Shown here piece after piece: positions 51,735-59,612 of a DNA stretch of 64,000 nucleotides (positions are counted from its first letter, which is position 1; each line of letters starts with the position of its first letter). The stretch is from an uncultured Chloroflexia bacterium (GTDB lineage: Bacteria; Chloroflexota; Limnocylindria; Limnocylindrales; CSP1-4). The translations under genes and the position numbers were made by a program. The stretch lies in contig CAWHDR010000001.1 in NCBI GenBank assembly GCA_963828165.1, forward strand, positions 1,312,001 through 1,376,000, in the 5' to 3' direction. The notes under the pieces are model-generated. The model did not search any database. It was not told the DNA's origin and saw only the letters and a program-made list of their open reading frames with translations.

Positions 51735-53921
51735 TCAGGCCTCGCGCACCGCCGGCACGAACAGGCCCACGAGCCCGGTGAACATCGTCAGCAGCCCGAA
51801 GGCCACCAGGACGATGGTGACCCCGACCACCTCCGTGAGGACTCCGCCGACCGCCATGGCGAACGTCATCGATCCGAACACCAGCGCACTCCGGAAGCCA
51901 GCCACGCGGCCCAGGAGCTCCTGCGGCGTCCGTTCCTGGAACAGCGTCTGGCTCGGGATCAGGAAGACCATGTTGGCGATGCCGGCCCCGAACGCGAAGC
52001 CGAGCACAAGCACGAGGTTGCCACTCAACGCGAGCAGGGTGATGAGGAGGCCGAAGAACGCGTAGCCCGCGATGATCATGTGGCCTTTGGCGAACCGCAT
52101 GCCGATGAGGCCGATGACGAAGCCGCCCAGCAGGTTGCCGGCACCCTGGCCGGTCTCGATGAAGGCGTAGACGGCCTCCCATCCGAGCGGGCCTTCGCCG
52201 AACATCTCCCTGGCGAAGACCGGTGTCAACGCGAGCAAGACGCCGACCGTCAACTGGGCGACAGCCGCCTGGATGGTGTTGGCCAACAGCACGGGTTCCC
52301 CGCGGAGGAATCGCCAGCCGGCCTTCATCTCGCCGAAGAACCCGGGGGCGTCGTCGACGGCGGCGGCCGCGACCGGCATGGCGACCGGCTCGGGGCCTGG
52401 CGCGTCGAGGACCGACTGGACGTCACGGACCATCGAGTCGATGGGCTTGTCGTCAGCGGCGACCTCGGTCGCTTCGTCCGTGGCCCCCGCGTGGCTTCGG
52501 GCGTGGACCACGATCGTGCCCAGGAGGATCGCGGAAGCCGCGTAGGTTGCCGCGTCCAGCCAGAACGCGATCGGCAATGCCGGGCCCAGGGCGGCGACGA
52601 AGAGGCCCGCCAGGGGATAGCCGATGACGTCGGCCAGGGTCTCGCCGACCCACAGGGCCGAGTTCGCCGTCAGGAGCTCGTCCGGGCGGACGATCTGCGG
52701 CAGGATCGCGATGCGCGCCGGGCGGAAGAAGATCGAGATCGTGGTCAGCACGAAGACCAGCGGGTAGACGAGGATGATATTCGTCACGATGGCTATCGGG
52801 ATCAACAGCACGGTCGCCGCGCGCAGAAGGTCGCTCACGACGAGGACGTCCTTATGGTCCCAGCGATCGACGAGGGTACCGGCGATCGGGCTGAACAGGA
52901 GGTTCGGAAGGGTCGCCGTGACGAACACCAGGGCCGTCGCGAGCGCCGATCCCGTCGTGACCAGCACGGCCGCCGCCAGCGCGAGCTGATGGATCCGATC
53001 GCCGAACAGCGAGATCAGCTGTCCGGCCCACAACGAGGTGAATGAACCGTTGAGCCCGAGGCGGACATACGGGTGCGCGCGGACGCGCTCCAGCACCTCG
53101 GGAGAGGGGAACGGAAGGGTGATGGTCGGGGTGGCGCTCGACTCTGCGCGCTCGATGTAGGCGCCCGGCAGCGGCGCCAGGGCCGGCGCCGCAAGTCCCG
53201 GTGCCGAGCCGCCGAGCATCCTGGGTCGTTGCAGCCCGGCCGTTCCCCGCAGCGACGGCGTCAAGCCGGTCTCGGCGGGGACGCCACGACCCGTGCCCTG
53301 CCTCGGGAGGCGAGCCGTCCCGGCCAGGCCGGCGAGCCGCTCGTAGACCGCGGCCTCCTCGCGCTCCTCGACCTTCGTCGGGACACGGACGACAGCGGCG
53401 AACAGGAAGAACGCCAGGCCGGCGGTGAGGAACAGGTCGCCGAGCGAGGCGACGTTCTGGATGATCGGGATCGGGATCGGGATGATGTCGCCGAGGACCA
53501 GCGCCCGCAGGAAGAAATCGGAGGCCTCGCCCGGCACGATGATGTGCAGCGCGCTCGTCACGTCCTGGGGAGTGAGCCCGGCGGCGTCCAGGCTGGTAGC
53601 CCAGATCGGCATGTAGCCGCCATTGAGCACGATGACCATCCCGTTGAGCAGCACGCCGACGAACGTGACGCTGAGCCCCGGGTAGAACCGGTTGACCCAC
53701 AGGCCGATCAGGAGGAGAACGAACCCGGTCGCGAGTAGGGGGGCGCGCAGCATGTCGACGACGTCGACGCCCGCGTTCAGCAGGGCCTCCGTCCCGAATC
53801 GGACGATGACGGCCGCGACGAGCAGCAGCGGCCAGCGCAGCTGGATGTTGCCGAGATTGTCCAGGCGCCCACCCGCCCGGAGGCCGAGTAGCAGACCGAG
53901 AAGGATCCCCGCGATCAGCAC
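51735..53921 (-). CDS. DUF5317-MFS transporter fusion protein
   Basis: N-terminal NGGYMP...H...LGDII...SLGD (DUF5317 pattern); C-terminal MFS (WAGQLISLFGD, AGTLVDRWD, FFRPA, GRV); one uninterrupted ORF. Confidence 0.85.
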   Translation of the reverse strand: MLIAGILLGLLLGLRAGGRLDNLGNIQLRWPLLLVAAVIVRFGTEALLNAGVDVVDMLRAPLLATGFVLLLIGLWVNRFYPGLSVTFVGVLLNGMVIVLNGGYMPIWATSLDAAGLTPQDVTSALHIIVPGEASDFFLRALVLGDIIPIPIPIIQNVASLGDLFLTAGLAFFLFAAVVRVPTKVEEREEAAVYERLAGLAGTARLPRQGTGRGVPAETGLTPSLRGTAGLQRPRMLGGSAPGLAAPALAPLPGAYIERAESSATPTITLPFPSPEVLERVRAHPYVRLGLNGSFTSLWAGQLISLFGDRIHQLALAAAVLVTTGSALATALVFVTATLPNLLFSPIAGTLVDRWDHKDVLVVSDLLRAATVLLIPIAIVTNIILVYPLVFVLTTISIFFRPARIAILPQIVRPDELLTANSALWVGETLADVIGYPLAGLFVAALGPALPIAFWLDAATYAASAILLGTIVVHARSHAGATDEATEVAADDKPIDSMVRDVQSVLDAPGPEPVAMPVAAAAVDDAPGFFGEMKAGWRFLRGEPVLLANTIQAAVAQLTVGVLLALTPVFAREMFGEGPLGWEAVYAFIETGQGAGNLLGGFVIGLIGMRFAKGHMIIAGYAFFGLLITLLALSGNLVLVLGFAFGAGIANMVFLIPSQTLFQERTPQELLGRVAGFRSALVFGSMTFAMAVGGVLTEVVGVTIVLVAFGLLTMFTGLVGLFVPAVREA

Positions 53922-54000
53922 GGGATCATGATGCTGGAGCGGGGGGTGCCGGCGTCAGGAGGAAACCGCGCGATGCAGCGCGATCGCACCGGACCCCGGA

Positions 54001-55414
54001 TCAGACGCGCTCGGTCGCAGACTTGGCGGTCTGGGTCGCCTCGACCGGGGTGGAGCTGGCCATCCGGGCCGCCGCCTGGCCGATGAGGGGGATCGGCTTC
54101 GGCTGGAACGTGCCGCCCGGGTCGACGACTCCTTCGACCCAGTGCGTCTTGACGAAGGCGTCGACGACAACGGGGTCGAACTGGATGCCCGCGAACTTGC
54201 GCAGCTCGCCGAGGGCCTGTTCCAGTGTCAAGGGGGTCATGCGATACGGGCGCGCGGCGGTCATGGCCTCGAAGGCGTCCGCCACATGGAGGATCCGAGC
54301 GAGTTTCGGGATTTCGTCACCGATCAGTCGGTCCGGATAACCCGAGCCGTTGTACCACTCGTGGTGGTGCCGGATGATCGGCAGCTCGGGGGCCAGCTTG
54401 GTGACCGGCGCGATGATCTGCGCGCCAAGCACTGGGTGCGAATTCATGACCATGCGCTCGTCCCTGGTCAGCCGTTCTGCCTTCTTGAGGACGCTGTCCG
54501 GCACGCCGATCTTTCCGACATCGTGGAGCAGGCCGCCCCATTCGAGGGCCTCGAGCTCAGCGTCGCCGACCCGCATGACGCGCCCGATATCTACGGAAAT
54601 CTCTTTCACCCGGACGGAGTGCTTCGAGGTGTACGGATCGCGCTTGTCGACGGCCTCCGCCAACGCTCCGATCGTCTGCGTGAACATGTCGCGCATCTCG
54701 ACGAAGCGCTCGTACCTAGGCGCGTGGTGTACAGCGGGAGCTGCAAACAACGCCGTAGCCCACCAATGGACAGTTCGTAAACAAGGGCCATCAGCCACGC
54801 CAATGGGGCGAGAGCGAGATCACGGCGCTCGAGATGCCTCGCGAGTCACCTATCAAGACGCCTAGTACTGTTCTGCCCAGTGCGCAACCAAGCGAGCAGA
54901 TTGAGGTCAACAGCGAAGTTGGAAGACATGAAAAGGCGGCCGCGACCATTGCAGTGACGAACTCAGCAACGGGGCCGCCCCAGATCAACATGAGTCCCTC
55001 GCGGAGCGTTCCCGCTAGGACCGCCGGGATGACCAACCCAGCGTGATTGGAAAGAGTGCCGTACCAGGGAATGCGCCCGCGAATCTCGCGAATCTCGGTT
55101 GTGCCCACCGCGGCGACCCACACGCCAACGGCCGGCCCCCCAAGGACATCGACGGCCATGATCGGTGCGACCGCGACCGCTTACGTGCGTCCCTCGTGGC
55201 AGCCGGACAGGAAATGCAGACGCCAATGAGCGTGAGAATCGTCCAGAACGCCACACCCAGCAAATACTCAAGTTCCGTTGGGTCTGATGGGGGCGTTGAC
55301 GTCGAGCCGAGCCGCGATCCCATGATCGGGCGGGAAAACGAGTGTCGTGGCAATCAGTGCAAGCGCACCACGGCCACGACACCGTGCGATATAGAGCTTG
55401 AGAGACTTCGGCAT
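54001..55414 (-). CDS. Membrane-sensor HD-GYP phosphodiesterase (N-terminal half frameshifted)
   Basis: MPKSLKLYIA... followed by several TM fragments; DPYTSKHS, LLHDVGKIG, HHHEWYNGSGYPD and ADAFEAMT..RPYR motifs. Confidence 0.88.
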
Positions 55415-55486
55415 TCTTAGGCCTGTGCGGTCAGCATCCTGATGACTGTAGCGCCTAGTTGGCGGAACAGTCATGGGCTGTCGGTA

Positions 55487-55577
55487 CTAAAAGCCCTTGA
55501 GCGATGCTCCTCCAGCAAGCGCGATCAGTCCCGACGCTTGTGAGCGTCATCGCGATGCGCATGAATCGGGCTTTCAT
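55487..55577 (-). CDS. Small signal-peptide-like ORF (~29 aa), candidate signalling propeptide
   Basis: Reads MKARFMRIAMTLTSVGLIALAGGASLKGF* after removing one G from the G-run at 55530-55532. Lies between the riboswitch and the HD-GYP gene. Confidence 0.65.
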
Positions 55578-55663
55578 GTGAGTGGTACCTACCAGCCCTT
55601 ATGCGGAGCTATTGGGAGCCACGCTCGTTCCTCCTTTGCGGCCCTCGCATCCCTGGGGGAACA

Positions 55664-55695
55664 CGAAAACCGACCTGACTCTTGGTCGGTCGGTT
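55664..55695 (-). terminator. Riboswitch expression-platform terminator
   Basis: AACCGACC-GAC-CAAGA-GTC-A-GGTCGGTT-TTCGTGTT; the 5' arm overlaps the aptamer 3' end. Confidence 0.75.
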
Positions 55696-55757
55696 GCACT
55701 AATCGCTCTGCCTCACCCCAAGTGCCCATTTCAGGTGTGGCTTCTGCGCGTCCGAGC
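55685..55757 (-). ncRNA. c-di-GMP-II riboswitch
   Basis: CUCGGACGCGCAGAAGCCACACCUGAAAUGGGCACUUGGGGUGAGGCAGAGCGAUUAGUGCAACCGACCGAC. Shows GAA/GA kink-turn elements, a UGGGCAC loop, the GCAC:GUGC pseudoknot, the 3' AGUGCAACCG signature and P1 UCGG:CCGA. Confidence 0.85.
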
Positions 55758-55803
55758 GTATTTGCCTTGCTTCCTAGTACTGGGGTACTAGCAAGTAACC
55801 GGG

Positions 55804-55833
55804 ACCTTAAGGATGTCGTACCTGTACGGTCAA
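55804..55833 (-). promoter_or_regulatory. Putative sigma70 promoter for the riboswitch leader
   Basis: TTGACC-18 nt-TAAGGT. Confidence 0.55.
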
Positions 55834-55853
55834 TACGGCACCTTACCTATCCG

Positions 55854-58800
55854 CTACAGCGAATCAAGCGAAGGGGTTCGACGCCGAGCTCCTCGCGCAT
55901 GAACGTGGCGTAATGGGCATATTGCTCAGCTGCCGCCGCATGGGCTCCGCTCACGCGATACAGGCGGAGCAATGAAACCTCGATCTGTTCGGCCGTTTCA
56001 TCCACATCTAGTGCGCGCCTCGCGATGCGGATGCCACGGTCGTAGTGACCCGAGGTGAAGTCGTCGAGGACTGACCGCTCGACGATTTCCAGATAGGTCG
56101 CGTGGAGCGAGTCGCGATATGCACTGGCCCATTCCTCGTACTCGAAGTCGAGTGCGAAATCGCCCGCGGTAAAGAGGCGTGAGCCGCTCCACGTCGTCGG
56201 GGCTGGGATGCGGCGGCAAGTCGCGGACCACTCGCCGGCAATCGACGCTCCTGGCGGTAACGAGCTCTGGATCCAGCCAGATCACGTCGGAGTCGTGGTG
56301 GACGTACCCGGGCGACAGGTCTTCCGAGTACTGCTCTTCGAACACGCGTCGCAGGAAGTACAGCGTTTGATTGAGCGAGTTGATCGCGATCTCCGGGTCC
56401 AATTCTGGCCACAGAGCATCAAGAACCTGGTCCCGCGTCGCGGACATCTCGGGCTTGTGATAGTAGGAAGCACAGAAGCGCGAGGACCTTTCTCCGCACG
56501 GAAGTCCCGGCGATGTCGCGCTCGCCTACACTGAGGCTTACTCTGCCTTGGTCCTCGATCTTGGACCCGAGGCGCGAGTCTCGCGCGAGCGATCGGCCGA
56601 GGTTCGCTGCCTCTCTTGTCCGCCCGCTAGATTTTGCGAACCGTCGAAGCCGAGGGATGTCGGAATTATCGCCGATCTCCTCGAGCAGACTAGCTGCTGC
56701 GACGTTCATCGATCCCTCGTTCGGGAGATAGCGATTCGCGTAAAGCTCGTCTGCCATCTCTCAGGGTGCATAGCGGCGGCATGCGCTACAGAGGTCTTGC
56801 GACTCGGAACTTAAAGACGCGAGTCGAGATCGCCAGGAGGTCCGCCAGAAACGTCAGGTGCCATGGATGAGAAGTGCCAATGGTGCGGATGGCATCATCC
56901 AGCGCTTCGCGGCCAGAGGCTATACCCACCGAGCAGTTCTCCGACGCGACGCATCGAATCGGCGCCTTGCGCGGCCGCCTGTGCGGTGGCCCGTCCAGCC
57001 GAACTCCCAGCGTCCTGATCGCCTCGGGCAACTTTGAGGTAAGCGTGAGTGACGGCAAGAAATGCGTCCTGAGCAACCACCGTTGGCAGTCCGGCTGGAT
57101 AGTCGGCCAAGGCTTCTGCGGCTTCATCGAACCGCCTCTGCCTCAAGTACAGCTTTGCCCTTGTTAGGGCCAGCAGCCGCCGATCGGCCCTTGTGATCGT
57201 CGACTGATGCCCAACTCGGTCAAGGATCGCCAATGCGGACGCGCGCGACGCGAATGTGTCCAGAATTTCGGCTGCCTCCGCATATGTCTCGTTGTGTAAG
57301 TGGCCCGCCTCAGCATCCAGAAGGGAATCGATCAACTCCCTTGCTTGTTGGATGCTGCCGAGCCTCGCGAGAATCTGGGCCTTCGCCATCGTCGCCGAAG
57401 CGAGCTCCATCAGGCCCGAAGCAGCTCTCGAATGCGTCCAGCGCTTCCTCAACTTCCCGTCGCCGCATCCTGAAGTCGATCCTGGATGATGGAGTTGTAG
57501 GCCAAGTTGGCCATCGTGACTGCGAAATGGTGCGGGCGGTCCGTCCTCTGGTCGCGCGCCATGGCGCGGAGCCGCCGATTGATCGCATCGATGTCAGATG
57601 CCGTCCTCGCGTGAAGGATCGCAACCGTGACCTCCGCGATCGAACCGAAGATTTGGTCTGTGGTGTCCGTGAGTCTTTCTGCCAGGATCAACGCTCGGTC
57701 GCCATCGCCGGAGTTGAAGTACAGCGTCACCAAGTTCAACAGCGCGTGGTCGCGCTGGACCGGGTCGGTCGTTGGCGAGTCGAGGACGGCCTGTGATGCG
57801 GCGATCGCGGCTTGGTAGTCGCCGTGCTGCATATCGACGCGGCTGAGGATGAGGTCGAAGCCGGGTGGACGCAGTTCGGCAGGGATCGGTCCGATGAACG
57901 TTTCGGCGAGGGCGTATTGGCCCTTCCCCATGATCGTCGGGATCGCTTCGCCGACCACCTTCAGGACCGCGTCCGTGTCGCCCGCCTCGCGGTAGTGGTA
58001 CGCGGCGATCCGCCAGTCCGTGACCGCGGCGGCCGCCGCCGTCCGCCGATGCAGGTCGGCGACCGCGGCCGCTCCGTCCGTGGTGCGAAGCCGGGCCTCG
58101 AGGAACTCGCGCACGAGCGGGTGATACCGCTGGTGCGTCCTTGGCCCACCCGACAGACGGCTCAGGAGTGTCAGTCGCTCCGCGGCTGCCGTGAGTCGCG
58201 CGACCTCAGCCGGTTCGCGATTCGATACGACCTCTGCGAGATCAGGTGTGACGACCTGGAGGATCGACGTTTCCATGAGGAAGCGCTGCAGGTCGTCGTC
58301 GAGATCGCCGACGACTTCCTCGGCCAGGTAGTCGTACATCTCGTGGTCTGCGCCGTTGAGGCTCCGAACGAATCGACGGATCTCCGAAGGGGTGCGGTCA
58401 CGTAGTGCTGCCTGGACGAGCTGCAACGACGCGATCCACCCCTCGGTCCGAACCGCCAGATCCGCCAGGACGTCGGCGTCCAGGCGCCGTCCGTACGTCT
58501 CCGTGAACAGCTGTGCGGTCTCGGATGGGTCGAATCGAAGCTCGCCCGTCCCGAGCTCCGCCACTTCACCGACCGCTCGCAGCCTGGCCAACGGCACCGA
58601 CGGTTGCCGGCGGCTCGCGAACACGATGGTCAGGCGCTCAGGCGCCCGCGCGAGGAGCTCGCGGGTGATATGCCGCACATCGGCTGCGTCATCAACCAGG
58701 TGGAAGTCGTCCAGGATCAAGACCGCGCCATTCGCCGTGATCGTCGGCAGCTCGCGGATGAAGCTGTCGAGCACGACCTCCCGCCCGGGACCGCTCGCGG

Positions 58801-59323
58801 CGATCTCAGACAGCAAGCCGACGGTCGCCGGCGCAAATGTCGGATCGTGCTCCCGGCCCGCGGCGACGAGATGGTGCAGGAACGAGACCCAATCGCGATC
58901 GTCATCGTCCAGCCGGTACCACAGGGTCCGCATCCGGGACCGACGCGAGAAATCGGCCAGGAGGGTCGTCTTGCCGTATCCGGCATCGGCGAGCACGAGG
59001 ACGACGCGCCCGTGCACCTTCGCGTGCAGCCAATCCAGCAGCCGCGGCCGTTCGAGGGTTTGATCGCGCAGTGCGGGACGCTGGACCTTTGCCAGCTGGA
59101 TGGGGAAGCCGTTGACTTCGTCGCGCAGCGGGCCGCTCCTGGGTTGGGCGGGATCCGGCCCCCGCCCGGGACCTACGGGGATCGGCGACCGCTCCGGTAC
59201 GGGGCGCAGGGATGGGCGAGTCTCGGGCCGGCCGAACGATAGAGACCGTTCATGTGGGGTGTCAACGACCGGATCCGGGGGATGGAGGTGCCGCATGCGC
59301 GCATGGTGGCGCGCGACGCTCAA
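55854..59323 (-). CDS. MalT-like STAND NTPase with TPR-like region and C-terminal wHTH/BTAD transcriptional activator (frameshifted; start uncertain)
   Basis: LERPRLLDWL, ADAGYGKTTLL, LILDDFH, TEGW and YHPLVREFL motifs; C-terminal RRKVLALLCFLL, DALWPE, YRG and ELGVEP. Confidence 0.82.
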
Positions 59324-59341
59324 CCCGCGATTAGCTGCGAG

Positions 59342-59545
59342 TCAGCCCTCGTACTCGAAGCCGATCTTGACCTCGACGCGGTATTCGACGATCTCGCCGT
59401 CCGCGACGACGGCGCTCGATTTCACGACCTCGACCGTCTGGATATTGCGCACGGTCTTCGAGGCGGTCGCGACGGCCTGACGGGCGGCGTCGCTCCACGA
59501 TTTGGGGCTGGTCCCGACCATCTCGCGGATGATGATGACGCCCAC
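59342..59545 (-). CDS. Dodecin-family protein
   Basis: EMVGTSPKSWSDAARQAV..ASKTVRNI and EYRVEVKIGF motifs; AGGAGG RBS. Confidence 0.88.
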   Translation of the reverse strand: MGVIIIREMVGTSPKSWSDAARQAVATASKTVRNIQTVEVVKSSAVVADGEIVEYRVEVKIGFEYEG

Positions 59546-59612
59546 GGGTGCTCCTCCTGGTCGGTCGGCTTCGGGGCGCTCATCATGCCACGAGCCGGCC
59601 CGTCGGCCAGCG

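Noticed and set aside
55758-55770. GGCAAA suggesting a tandem c-di-GMP-I aptamer
   Set aside because: No GNRA-capped P2 or P3 follows; the sequence runs straight into the class II aptamer.
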